Assembly (NCBI GenBank): GCA_965208575.1
Contig: CBDBOV010000002.1
Span: 640,001-704,000 of the forward strand
From: Spirochaetia bacterium
GTDB taxonomy: Bacteria; Spirochaetota; Spirochaetia; SZUA-6; Bin103
Reading direction: 5' to 3'
DNA length: 64,000 nt
A model generated the notes under the pieces. That model did not search any database. It worked only from the letters and a program-made list of their open reading frames with translations, and had not been told where the DNA came from. Each line of letters begins with the position of its first letter. Position 1 is the first letter of the stretch. The translations under genes and the position numbers were made by a program. Shown piece after piece: positions 10,653-20,079 of this stretch.

Positions 10653-11537
10653 CTACCGGCCACTACGGGCGCATACCTCGGTGAGCGCGGCGACGGTGGT
10701 TTCCAGGGTGCGCGAGCGGTCCACCGCCTCCTCCGGCTCGTCGGCGAACGGGGTGGCGGACAGCAGTTCGTACAGGGCGGCGGCGCCGCGGTGGAAGTCG
10801 CCCGGTACGCCGACAGATTCGAAGGTGGCGGCGATCTGGCGCATCTCCTCGATCCAGCGCGGCGCCTTGGCGGGCAGGCCGGGCAGGGAGCGCCGCATTG
10901 ATGCGTAGGTGGCGGCCTGGCTCTCGGCCAGCTCGGCGGCGAGCGCTTCGTCGACGCCGAGCCGGCTGGCGGCGGCGAGCTGGGCGAACTGCAGCGCCGA
11001 GGTGCCCTTGGTGACCGCGGCGTAGCACATCTTGAGGGCGGACGCACGCCCGATCGCGCCGCCGATGTCGCGCACCACGAGGCCGCCGCCCTCCAGCGGA
11101 GCAAGCAGGCGGGCGTCCGGGCCGCAGGCGTAGAAACGCGGACCGCGACCGTTGGCCGGCGGCCCGCCGATGATGCCGGCGTCGATGTACGGGGCGCGGG
11201 CGGCTCCGATCAGCTCCGCGATGCGTTCCGTGGTCGCGGGGGCGATCGCGTTGCAGTCGGCGTAGGGCGGGGTGGCGCCGGCCGCGGTCATCGCGGCCGC
11301 CACCTCCCGAGCGGCCGCCACGGCGGCGGCCGGCGGCATGATCGACAGCACCAGGTCGGCCTGCGCCACCAGCGCGGCGATGCTGCCGGTGTCGCGGATG
11401 CCGGCCCGTGCGGCCAGGCCGCGGGTGCGGGCCGACCGCCCGGCGAGCGAGGTAACCACGTCGAACCCGCGGCTGCCGAGCAGCCGCCCGACGGCGTGCC
11501 CCATGTTGCCGGGACTGACGATCGCTATGGTCTTCAA
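10653..11537 (-). CDS. NAD(P)-dependent oxidoreductase (beta-hydroxyacid dehydrogenase-like, DUF1932)
   Basis: SPGNMG, DAGIIGGPP, ASALKMCYA, RWIEEM motifs; TTG start with AGGAGG RBS. Confidence 0.85.
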   Translation of the reverse strand: MKTIAIVSPGNMGHAVGRLLGSRGFDVVTSLAGRSARTRGLAARAGIRDTGSIAALVAQADLVLSIMPPAAAVAAAREVAAAMTAAGATPPYADCNAIAPATTERIAELIGAARAPYIDAGIIGGPPANGRGPRFYACGPDARLLAPLEGGGLVVRDIGGAIGRASALKMCYAAVTKGTSALQFAQLAAASRLGVDEALAAELAESQAATYASMRRSLPGLPAKAPRWIEEMRQIAATFESVGVPGDFHRGAAALYELLSATPFADEPEEAVDRSRTLETTVAALTEVCARSGR

Positions 11538-11673
11538 GACGAGCCTCCTGGTAGCAGAACAAATGCGTTTCAACCGCCACCGCGCCGCCGGCACCGCGCC
11601 TACGGCGCCTGCGCTTCGGATCGTACGCGGCGCCGGCGGTTGCGTCACGCGCCGCGCTGCGGGCCGGGCGGCG

Positions 11674-12105
11674 TCAATCTTCGTCACCCGGTTGGCCGCG
11701 CCGGCGCTTTACGGCGGCGCGGCGCGCCTTGTCCTGCAGGCGCCGCTCGCGGGCGGCGCGGGTGGGGCGGGTCGCCTGCCGGGGCCTCGGTTCGGCGAGC
11801 GCCTGCCCGACGAGGGCCGCCAGCCGCTCGCGCGCATCGCGGCGGTTCGCCTCCTGGGTGCGAAACCGGCGCGCCGTGATCACCAGGATGCCGTCGGCGG
11901 TCACGCGCCTGCCCGCGATGCGCAGCAGGCGCGTGCGCACCTCCGGCGGCAGCGATGGCGAACCGGTCGCGTCGAAGCGGAGCTGCACCGTGGTGGCCAC
12001 CTTGTTCACGTTCTGGCCGCCCGGACCGCCGCTCTGGATGAACCGCTCCTCGAGTTCCTCCTCCGGGATGGCAACGCCCGGCGCAACCTGCACCATGGCT
12101 GTCAT
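11674..12105 (-). CDS. arfB: alternative ribosome rescue peptidyl-tRNA hydrolase ArfB
   Basis: SGGPGGQNVNKV (GGQ) and basic C-terminal tail. Confidence 0.95.
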   Translation of the reverse strand: MTAMVQVAPGVAIPEEELEERFIQSGGPGGQNVNKVATTVQLRFDATGSPSLPPEVRTRLLRIAGRRVTADGILVITARRFRTQEANRRDARERLAALVGQALAEPRPRQATRPTRAARERRLQDKARRAAVKRRRGQPGDED

Positions 12106-12155
12106 TGATTACCATCGGGCGCCCGCGCAGCAAGGGCGCGCAGTATATTCCCGCC

Positions 12156-13118
12156 ATGCCGAATCTGGTCGAAGCGAGCGGCCTGGTGAAGCGGTACCGG
12201 GAGGTCACCGCGCTGGACCGATTGGACCTGGCGGTGGCCGAGGGCTCGGTGCTGGGCCTGCTCGGTCCCAACGGGGCGGGCAAGACCACCGCGGTGTCGA
12301 TCCTGGCGACCCTGCTGGAGCCGGATGCCGGCAACGCGCACGTGGCGGGCGTGGACGTGGTGGCCAACCCGCGCGAGGTACGCCGGCGCATCGGGCTGTC
12401 CGGCCAGTTCGCGGCCGTGGATGAGCACCTCACCGGGTTCGAGAACCTGGTCATGGTCGGCCGGCTCTATCACCTGGGCCGGGGGCGCGCCCGCGACCGT
12501 GCAGCGGAGCTGCTGGAGCTGTTCGACCTGGCCGATGCCGGCGGGCGTCCGGTCAAGACCTGGTCCGGCGGCATGCGGCGCCGCCTCGACCTGGCCGGCG
12601 CCCTGGTGGCCGCGCCGCCGGTCCTGTTCCTGGACGAGCCCACCACCGGCCTCGATCCGTACGGCCGCCGCCAACTCTGGGAAGTGATCCGCGCCATGGT
12701 GGGCGGCGGCACCACGGTGCTGCTCACCACCCAGTACCTGGAGGAGGCGGACCAGCTCGCCGACCGCATCCTGGTGATCGACCACGGGAAGGCGATCGCC
12801 GAGGGCACCGCGGACGAGCTGAAGAGCCGGGTCGGCGCGGAACGGATCGAGGTCACCGTGTCGGACGCCGCGGTCCTGGAGCAGGCGCGGCGGGTGCTGG
12901 CCCGCTTCGCGGTGGGTGAGCAACGGGCCGACACCCGTTCGCGCTCGCTGATCACGCCGATCGCCGGCGGTGCGCCGGTGCTCACTGCGGCGTTGCACGA
13001 ACTGCAGCGGGCCCGGATAGCGGTGCGCGACGTCGGCCTGCGCCGGCCGACGCTCGACGACGTGTTCCTGACCCTGACCGGCCACGTGTCGGCCCCGGAG
13101 GAGGAGAGCGCCGAATGA
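12156..13118 (+). CDS. ABC-2 exporter ATP-binding protein (DrrA-like)
   Basis: GPNGAGKTT, WSGGMRRRLDLA, FLDEPTTGLD, TTQYLEEAD, PTLDDVFL. Confidence 0.92.
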   Translation: MPNLVEASGLVKRYREVTALDRLDLAVAEGSVLGLLGPNGAGKTTAVSILATLLEPDAGNAHVAGVDVVANPREVRRRIGLSGQFAAVDEHLTGFENLVMVGRLYHLGRGRARDRAAELLELFDLADAGGRPVKTWSGGMRRRLDLAGALVAAPPVLFLDEPTTGLDPYGRRQLWEVIRAMVGGGTTVLLTTQYLEEADQLADRILVIDHGKAIAEGTADELKSRVGAERIEVTVSDAAVLEQARRVLARFAVGEQRADTRSRSLITPIAGGAPVLTAALHELQRARIAVRDVGLRRPTLDDVFLTLTGHVSAPEEESAE

Positions 13119-14002
13119 GTCAGCACGGTCACTCCGTGACGCGGAAGAGGACGAACACCGACGCGCAGGCATCGTCAGCCGGCCGGCTCGTTCGGATCAG
13201 GGGCCTGGTGTACGCGGTCAACGATGCCGCGGTAATCGCCTGGCGCAACGTGATAAAGATCAAGCGGGTTCCCGACATGCTGGTGTACGTGGTGCTGTCG
13301 CCGATCATGTTCGTGCTGCTGTTCGCTTACGTGTTCGGTGGTTCCATCGCCATCCCCGGCGGCTCCTACCGCGAATTTCTGATCGCCGGGATCTTCGTGC
13401 AGACCGTCGTGTTCGGGGCGAGCCTCACCGGCGCCGGCCTGGCCGAGGACATTCAGAAGGGCATCATCAACCGCTTCCGGGCGCTGCCGATGTCGCGCGG
13501 TGCACTGCTGGTGGGGCGCACGGTGAGCGACGTGGTGTACAACGCGCTGTCGCTCTTGATCATGGCGCTGACCGGGCTGGTGGTCGGCTGGGGGATCAGC
13601 TCATCGGTGCTGGACGCCGCGGCAGGATTCGGGTTGCTGCTGCTGTTCGCGTACGCGTTCTCGTGGGTAATGGCCTATATCGGACTGCTGGTGCCGAGCG
13701 TCGAGGTGATCAGCAACGCCTCGTTCATGGTGATCATGCCGTTTACCTTCGTTGCCAACACGTTCGTGCCGGCCGAGAACCTGCCGCCGGTGCTGCGCAC
13801 CTTCGCACTGTGGAACCCGGTGTCCGCGGTCACCCAGGCCTCCCGCGAGTTGTTCGGCAACATCCCGCCCGGTAGCGCGCCGCCGGAGGCGTGGCCGCTG
13901 CAGCACCCGGTGCTCTACACGCTGCTGTGGACTGTGCTCCTGATCGTGGTGTTCGCCCCGCTGGCCGTGCACCGCTACCGCACCAGCGGCCGCCGCTCCT
14001 GA
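13115..14002 (+). CDS. ABC-2 exporter permease (DrrB-like)
   Basis: Six hydrophobic segments, GIINRFRALP, WNPVS; ATGA overlap with the ATPase gene. Confidence 0.9.
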   Translation: MSQHGHSVTRKRTNTDAQASSAGRLVRIRGLVYAVNDAAVIAWRNVIKIKRVPDMLVYVVLSPIMFVLLFAYVFGGSIAIPGGSYREFLIAGIFVQTVVFGASLTGAGLAEDIQKGIINRFRALPMSRGALLVGRTVSDVVYNALSLLIMALTGLVVGWGISSSVLDAAAGFGLLLLFAYAFSWVMAYIGLLVPSVEVISNASFMVIMPFTFVANTFVPAENLPPVLRTFALWNPVSAVTQASRELFGNIPPGSAPPEAWPLQHPVLYTLLWTVLLIVVFAPLAVHRYRTSGRRS

Positions 14003-14027
14003 GCCCTCGCGCCTGCGGCCGCTCGCC

Positions 14028-14435
14028 TCAGCGGCGCCGGCGCAGAAATTTCAGGGCTGACCAGTCGCGATCCACCGCGCACACCTTGACGTCGACGAAT
14101 TCGGTGCGCAGCCCGATCGCGCGCACGCCGTCCGCGGTCAGGTCGCCGGCCAGCGGCGAGCTCTTCTTCGGCCACGAGATCCACAGCATGCCGCCGTCGG
14201 CCACGTGGCCGGCAAGGGTGTCGAACCTCGCCGCCAATTCCGCCCGCGAGTCGGTGAAGAGGTGAAGGTAGTCGAACGTGCCGCGCAGGTCGGCGGTGAT
14301 GTCGAACCGCTCAACGCCGTCGAGCAGCGCGCGGAACCCGTCCGGCTCGTGCAGAAGGCAGACGCGCAGGCCCGGGCGCAGCCCGAGCTTGCGCACGAGC
14401 GGGGTGCCGGAGTATCCCGCCGAGCCCTTCGCCAT
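14028..14435 (-). CDS. DUF3052-like protein
   Basis: GYSGTPLVRKLG, WISWPKK, VDVKVCAVD...WSALKF. Confidence 0.8.
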   Translation of the reverse strand: MAKGSAGYSGTPLVRKLGLRPGLRVCLLHEPDGFRALLDGVERFDITADLRGTFDYLHLFTDSRAELAARFDTLAGHVADGGMLWISWPKKSSPLAGDLTADGVRAIGLRTEFVDVKVCAVDRDWSALKFLRRRR

Positions 14436-14447
14436 GCCGCGCACCCT

Positions 14448-15114
14448 TCAGTTGTCGCTGCGGATCTCGGCCTGCAGGTGGTCGACCGATCCGACGCTGG
14501 CGAACTCCGTGTAGCGGGGAGCGCCCCCCGTCATGCGCCCGCGCGGCCAGTGGATCAGCTCGCTGATGCTGGCGTTGGCGATCGGGAAATCGTGCAGCAC
14601 CGGGGTGCCGGGCGTGATGCCGATCGCCCACCGCATCGTGACGTCGATGGTGCCGGCATGGGAGACGATGGCCACCTGCTCACCGACATGACGGGCGACA
14701 ATCTCGTCGGTCACCGCCATCACCCGCTCGGCGAACTCCCGTATCGTCTCACCGTCGGAGGCCAGTTTGCGGTCCGGGTGCCACGCCAGCAGGTCGTCGC
14801 GCCGCTCGCGCAGTTGATCCATGGTGAGGTGAGGATCGGTAACGCTGCCGAAGCGGTACTCTATGAGGCGTGCGTCGATCGTCACCGGCAGTCCGGTGGC
14901 GGCGCCGACCTGGTTTGCGGTCTCGCGCGCCCGAGTCGCAGGGCTGGCGTAGATGGCGGCCGTTGCACGCGCGTGCGGCGCACGCGCGTGCAACGGCCGC
15001 GGCCTGCGCCTTGCCGGGCGCCGACAGCGGCGCGTCGTCGTAGCTGGTGCCCCGGGCATTGCGCGCCTGCGCGTGGCGCACCAGGAACAGCCGGATGCTG
15101 GGAAACTGGTTCAC
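14448..15114 (-). pseudogene. histidine phosphatase (phosphoglycerate mutase-like) gene, frameshifted
   Basis: N-terminal LFLVRHAQ...PLSAPGKAQA lies in one frame (ORF 14749..15336); IYASPATRARETA...VSHAGTI lies in another (ORF 14448..15059). Total length is 667 bp = 3n+1. Confidence 0.8.
14956..15000. repeat. perfect inverted repeat, 22 bp arms with 1-nt centre
   Basis: GCGGCCGTTGCACGCGCGTGCG-G-CGCACGCGCGTGCAACGGCCGC. Confidence 0.95.
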
Positions 15115-15194
15115 GGCGCCGCGGATGATAGCAGGTGAACGCACCGCCGTGCACACCGTGGGCCGACCCGATGACTGTCGACCGCGACGACGGC

Positions 15195-16385
15195 CTACGA
15201 GAGCGAGGTGAGGGCGGCGCCGGCGGCGGCGCCGATCAGCACCACCAGCCACGGCGGCACCTTCCACCAGGCCAGCATCGCGAACGCGGCCAGAGCGAGC
15301 GCAAGGTCGGCGGGACGGACGATGGCGGATACCCATACCGGGTCATAGAGCGCCGCCAGCAGCAGGCCGACCACCGCGGCGTTGATGCCGGCCAGGGCGG
15401 CGCGGAACCGGTGGTCGGCGCGCAGCCGTTGCCACAGCGGAAGCACGCCGACCAGCAGCAGGAACGAGGGCAGAAAGATCGCCGCCAGCGCGTACACGCC
15501 GCCGGTCCAGCCGCTCGGCGGTCCGGCCATCACGGTGCCCAGGTAGGCGGAGAAGGTGAACAGCGGCCCCGGCACCGCCTGCGCCATGCCGTAGCCGGCG
15601 ATGAACTGGTCCCGCGTGACCCAGCCCGGCGGAACCACCTCCGCCTCCAGCAACGGCAGCACCACGTGCCCGCCGCCGAACACCAGCGCACCGGCGCGGT
15701 AGAAGCCGTCGAACACGCGCAGCCACTCGCTGTCGACCACCTGCCGGGCTACCGGCAGCCCGGCCAGCAGCAGGAAGAACCCGGCGAGCCCCACGACGGT
15801 GCCCAGCGCGCCGCCGCCGGCGGTGGTGCGCGGCGCCGCCGCGGCGGGCGTGCCCTCCGACAGCAGCAGCACGCCGGCCCCGCCGGCCGCGGCGATCACC
15901 AGCACCTGCGTCAGCGGGGTGCGCCAGAACAGCATGGCGCCGGCCGTGACGATGGCCAGCGACGCGCGCGTACGGTCGGGCGTCAGGTTGCGCGCCATGC
16001 CGTACACGGCGAACGCGACCACCGCCACGGCAACCGCCTTCAGCCCGCGCAGCCAGCCTCCGTCCGCCAGTCCGTCGAAGGCGGCCACGCCGTACCCGAA
16101 CGCGATCAGCAGCACGGCCGACGGCAGGGTGAAGCCGAGCCACGCCGCGACCCCGCCGGCGAAGCCGGCGCGGGTCATCCCCACCGCCATGCCGACCTGG
16201 CTGCTGGCCGGACCCGGCAGGAACTGGCACAGCGCGACCAGGTCCGCGTAGGCGCCGTCGGTCAGCCACTTGCGCCTGGCGACGTACTCGTCGCGGAAAT
16301 ACCCCAGGTGAGCCACCGGCCCGCCAAACGAGGTCAGTCCGAGCTTCAGGGCCACGAGCAGAACTTCCAACAAGCGTGCGATCAT
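15195..16385 (-). CDS. chrA: chromate efflux transporter (CHR family)
   Basis: GLTSFGGPVAH, CQFLPGPASSQ, FGGGHVVLPLL, AQAVPGP. Confidence 0.93.
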   Translation of the reverse strand: MIARLLEVLLVALKLGLTSFGGPVAHLGYFRDEYVARRKWLTDGAYADLVALCQFLPGPASSQVGMAVGMTRAGFAGGVAAWLGFTLPSAVLLIAFGYGVAAFDGLADGGWLRGLKAVAVAVVAFAVYGMARNLTPDRTRASLAIVTAGAMLFWRTPLTQVLVIAAAGGAGVLLLSEGTPAAAAPRTTAGGGALGTVVGLAGFFLLLAGLPVARQVVDSEWLRVFDGFYRAGALVFGGGHVVLPLLEAEVVPPGWVTRDQFIAGYGMAQAVPGPLFTFSAYLGTVMAGPPSGWTGGVYALAAIFLPSFLLLVGVLPLWQRLRADHRFRAALAGINAAVVGLLLAALYDPVWVSAIVRPADLALALAAFAMLAWWKVPPWLVVLIGAAAGAALTSLS

Positions 16386-16481
16386 GTGCGGCTGCCGGTT
16401 GCGCCCGACGGTAGCCGCCGCGGCGCACTCGGTCCAGCGGTCGCCTTCGATGAACGGCCTCTGTTATGGTAGGCGGGTACG

Positions 16482-17570
16482 ATGCGTATTCTGTTCATCG
16501 GCGAAATTGTGGGCAGCGCCGGAATCTACTGCGTAAAGGCACTGCTCCCGGAGCTCAAGCGCGAGCTGGGCATCGACCTCACCATTGCCGCCGCCGAGGG
16601 CGCCACCGGCGGATTCGGCATCGGCAAGGGCCATGCCGTATACCTGCACAAGCTCGGCGTGGATGTTATCACCGCCGGCGACTTCGCCTATTTCAAGCGC
16701 GACGCGGTAAGCTACTTCGGGCAGTCGCGTTATCTCTTGCGCCCGGCGAACTACCCGTACGGCAATCCCGGGCGCGGCTGGCTGGTGGCGCGCCCGAGGC
16801 CGGGCCATCCGCGCTCCGGGAAGGCGGCTCATCGCGCGGGAAAGCGCACCCCCGCCGCGGCCGCCGAGCAGCCTGCGACGGCCGCCCGCGAACCCGCAAC
16901 CGCCAATCCGGTCCCCGCAACCGCCACCGAAGAAGCCGTCTCCCGCGCGCCGCAACCTGCTGCATCCGCGGCATCCGCGGCGCCGAACGGCGGCACTACG
17001 CCCGCCGCCGCGGACAAGCAGTCCTCTCCGGGGGTCGGGATCATATCCCTGCTCGGCCAGGCGGGGTTCAGCCGCGTCCATCTGCGCAACCCGTTCGAGA
17101 TGGCAGGCGGACTGATCGAACGGGTCAAGCAGCAGACGCCGGTCGTGCTGGTCGACTTTCACGCCACCACCACCTCCGAGAAGGTGGCGATGAGCCTGTT
17201 TCTCGACGGCAAGGTCACGGCGCTGATCGGCACCCACGTGCGTACCCTGTCCGCCGACGCGCGCCTGCTGCCCGGCGGTACGGCGGCCATCACCCACAGC
17301 GGCCGCACCGGCAGCCTGAACTCGGTGGGCGGCCTCGATCCCGAGGTCGAGACGCGCAAGTTTCTTACCCAGGTCCACGAGCAGTCGCGCGACGCCTGGG
17401 GGCTGCTGGAGCTGCAGGCAGTGGTGCTGGACGTGGGGGCGGATGGCGCGGCGCGGAGCATCAGCACGCTGCGCCGCCAGACCACGGCTCCGGAAGCGGC
17501 CCGCAAGGCGGCGGAAGCGGCGCGCAACCGTGGCCCGGGGCGCACCCGGCGCGCTGGCGGGCGCCGCTGA
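16482..17570 (+). CDS. YmdB/TIGR00282 family metallophosphoesterase-like protein with internal low-complexity insertion
   Basis: MRILFIGEIVG, LRPANYP...PGRG, VDFHA..TSEK, IGTH motifs. Confidence 0.85.
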   Translation: MRILFIGEIVGSAGIYCVKALLPELKRELGIDLTIAAAEGATGGFGIGKGHAVYLHKLGVDVITAGDFAYFKRDAVSYFGQSRYLLRPANYPYGNPGRGWLVARPRPGHPRSGKAAHRAGKRTPAAAAEQPATAAREPATANPVPATATEEAVSRAPQPAASAASAAPNGGTTPAAADKQSSPGVGIISLLGQAGFSRVHLRNPFEMAGGLIERVKQQTPVVLVDFHATTTSEKVAMSLFLDGKVTALIGTHVRTLSADARLLPGGTAAITHSGRTGSLNSVGGLDPEVETRKFLTQVHEQSRDAWGLLELQAVVLDVGADGAARSISTLRRQTTAPEAARKAAEAARNRGPGRTRRAGGRR

Positions 17571-17724
17571 GTACCGTCGGCGCGGCACCGGGGCGATGGC
17601 AGCGGAACCGATTTCGATGTTTCGCCACGGGCTGCCGGCGCGCCGGCGCATCGCACGCCGGGCGCCGCGGCGCGCGCGAGCCGTGCGCCCGGACGGTGCG
17701 GCGCAGACCGTTCCGGCGGGCGCC

Positions 17725-18339
17725 GTGAGCCGTACCGCCCCGGACGCCGGCCGCGCGGTCCGCCAGCGGCGGCGCGGCGGCGGCACCCCGGCGCTGCTGG
17801 CCGCGGCGCTCGCCGCGCTGCTCGGCGCGTGTACCTTCGACTACGGCGGCGACCCCGGCCCCGAGCAGCTCGCCGACGAAGTTCCGGAAACGGTGCTGAC
17901 CGGGGCCACCCACACGGTGGTGCGCAACGGCCGCGTGGTGGCCGAGATCCGGGCGCGCCGGATCGAGAACTTCCCCGGCGCCGGCCGCGCGGTGCTGAGT
18001 GACGTGCGCTACGTCGAATACGACGGCGGCGGCAGCGTGGCGGCCACCGGGCGCGCCGACCGCGCGGTATACTACCCCGAGAGCGAGGACGCCGAGGTGG
18101 CCGGTGCCGTCCAGTTGCGGTCGGTCTCGCAGCAGGCGTCACTGACCGCCGAGGAGTTGCACTGGGATCATGCCGGACGCCTGCTCAGTACGGGTCCCGA
18201 GCAGGTCGTGGCCGTTATCCGCGACGATGGGTCTCGCGTCCAGGGTGCCGGGTTCGAGGCGGAGTTGCGTGCCAAGACCATCCACTTCTCCGGGCCGGTG
18301 AGCGGGCGGCTGGTGGCCGAGACAGCCGCCGATGAGTGA
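17725..18339 (+). CDS. lptC: LPS export periplasmic protein LptC-like lipoprotein
   Basis: Lipobox LLGAC, beta-jellyroll-like LTAEELHWD...VQGAGF, position before lptA-lptB. Start uncertain. Confidence 0.7.
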   Translation: MSRTAPDAGRAVRQRRRGGGTPALLAAALAALLGACTFDYGGDPGPEQLADEVPETVLTGATHTVVRNGRVVAEIRARRIENFPGAGRAVLSDVRYVEYDGGGSVAATGRADRAVYYPESEDAEVAGAVQLRSVSQQASLTAEELHWDHAGRLLSTGPEQVVAVIRDDGSRVQGAGFEAELRAKTIHFSGPVSGRLVAETAADE

Positions 18340-19228
18340 CCGGACTCCGGTCCTGGCGCGCGTCTCCCGCGCGTCCCTGCGATCCGGCTGCGCGCTCGCG
18401 GGCGCGGTGGCGGCCGCGCTGATCGCGGCTGCCCCGCCGGCGGCCGCGCAAACGGATCAGTTTTCCTTCACCGCCGACCAGATGGAAACGGTGCTCGCCG
18501 AGGGCCGCGAGCGGACCGTGTTGAGCGGCACCGCGGCGCTTGCTTCGGACGACACCGAGATATTCGCCGACAGCATCGAGCTGTTCGGCGACGACCTTGC
18601 CTTCGCCCTGGCGCGCGGCGGCGTGCGCGTGGTGCAGGTCGGCGACGGGATCGAGCTCACCAGCGAGACGGTGTTCTACAACCGCCGCGACGGCATCGTG
18701 CGCGTGGAGGGAGATGCGCTGCTCATCGACCACGACAACGAGATGGTGATCAGGGGGGGCTTCCTGGAGCACTGGGAGGAGCGCAACGAAACCTCGATTC
18801 AGATTGGCGTGCAGATCCTGAGCGACGACCTGGTGGCCCGCGCCCAGCTCGTGCACTACGACCGCGGCGCGCAGACGCTGACGCTCAGCGGTCTGCCGGT
18901 GGTCACCTGGAAGGGCGACGAGTATCACGCATCGCGTATCTTCATCGACCTCGACCAGGAACGCATCGTGCTTTCCGGCGCCGTCAGCGGGCAGATAACC
19001 TCGTCGCCGGAGGATGGCGAAGGCGGCGGCGACGCTTCCGAAACCGAGTCGGACGCCACCGGCGGCGCCGCACCGGAGGCCGGCGGGCAGGACGGCGCGT
19101 CCGGCGCACCCCCCGGCACGGCGACGCGAGGCGCGCCGCAAGAAGCCGACGCCGCCGGTGCCGCCGGTGCCGCCGCTCCGGACGCCGCGGCAGACGGTCA
19201 GACGCGGGATGCGGAGGCAGGCCGGTGA
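18332..19228 (+). CDS. lptA: LptA/OstA family protein
   Basis: Signal peptide, FTADQM, IFADSIELFG, LTLSGLPVV; acidic Ala-rich tail; synteny with lptC and lptB. Confidence 0.72.
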   Translation: MSDRTPVLARVSRASLRSGCALAGAVAAALIAAAPPAAAQTDQFSFTADQMETVLAEGRERTVLSGTAALASDDTEIFADSIELFGDDLAFALARGGVRVVQVGDGIELTSETVFYNRRDGIVRVEGDALLIDHDNEMVIRGGFLEHWEERNETSIQIGVQILSDDLVARAQLVHYDRGAQTLTLSGLPVVTWKGDEYHASRIFIDLDQERIVLSGAVSGQITSSPEDGEGGGDASETESDATGGAAPEAGGQDGASGAPPGTATRGAPQEADAAGAAGAAAPDAAADGQTRDAEAGR

Positions 19229-19989
19229 CCCCTGCCCGCGGGCCGTCCGCCATCGCCGCCGCCGGCGCCACCCTCGCGGTCGAGGGGCTTACCAAGCGCT
19301 ACGCGCGCAAGTACGCCGCCCGCGACGTGACCTTCTCCATGGGGAGCGGCGAGGTGGTCGGCCTGCTTGGGCCCAACGGCGCCGGCAAGACGACGGTGTT
19401 CTACCTGATCGTGGGTTTCATACGGCCGACCGCGGGGCGCATCTTCCTCACCGGCGAAGAGATCACCCGCCTGCCGATGTTTCGCCGTGCGCGCGCCGGC
19501 ATCTCCTACCTGCCACAGGAGGCGTCGGTGTTCCGCAAGCTCACGGTGGAGCAGAACCTGCTGGCCGTGCTGGAGACCCGGCGCGGGCTGACGCGCAGCG
19601 CCCGGCGGCAGCGCTGCGACGAGATTCTGGATCAACTGGGGCTGGAGGACCTGCGCCGGCAGCGCGCATATTCGCTCTCCGGCGGCGAGCGGCGCCGCAC
19701 CGAGATCGGTCGCGCGCTCGCGATGCGGCCGAGCTTCCTGCTGCTCGACGAGCCGTTTGCCGGCATCGACCCGATCGCCGTCCAGGACATCAAGGGCATC
19801 GTCGCCCGCCTTGCGGAAACCGGCATCGGGGTGCTGATCACCGACCACAACGTTCGCGATACGCTTGAGATAACGCACCGCAGCTACATTCTCCGCGCCG
19901 GTGAGATCATGGTCAGCGGCACGCGCGGCGAACTGCTCGACAATCAGCTCGCGCGGCAGCTCTACCTGGGGCGCGACTTCCGCATGTAG
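19225..19989 (+). CDS. lptB: LPS export ABC transporter ATP-binding protein
   Basis: GPNGAGKTT, YLPQEASVFRKL, LSGGERRRTEI, DEPFAGIDP, ITDHNVRDTL, YLG. Confidence 0.96.
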   Translation: MTPARGPSAIAAAGATLAVEGLTKRYARKYAARDVTFSMGSGEVVGLLGPNGAGKTTVFYLIVGFIRPTAGRIFLTGEEITRLPMFRRARAGISYLPQEASVFRKLTVEQNLLAVLETRRGLTRSARRQRCDEILDQLGLEDLRRQRAYSLSGGERRRTEIGRALAMRPSFLLLDEPFAGIDPIAVQDIKGIVARLAETGIGVLITDHNVRDTLEITHRSYILRAGEIMVSGTRGELLDNQLARQLYLGRDFRM

Positions 19990-20079
19990 CGGGCGCACCG
20001 CCGCGCCGGGCCCGGCCAGGCTCGGCCTCTGCTCTCGTTGACAGAGGGGTGGACCGTCACCCACCATGAGAGGAGAGCC

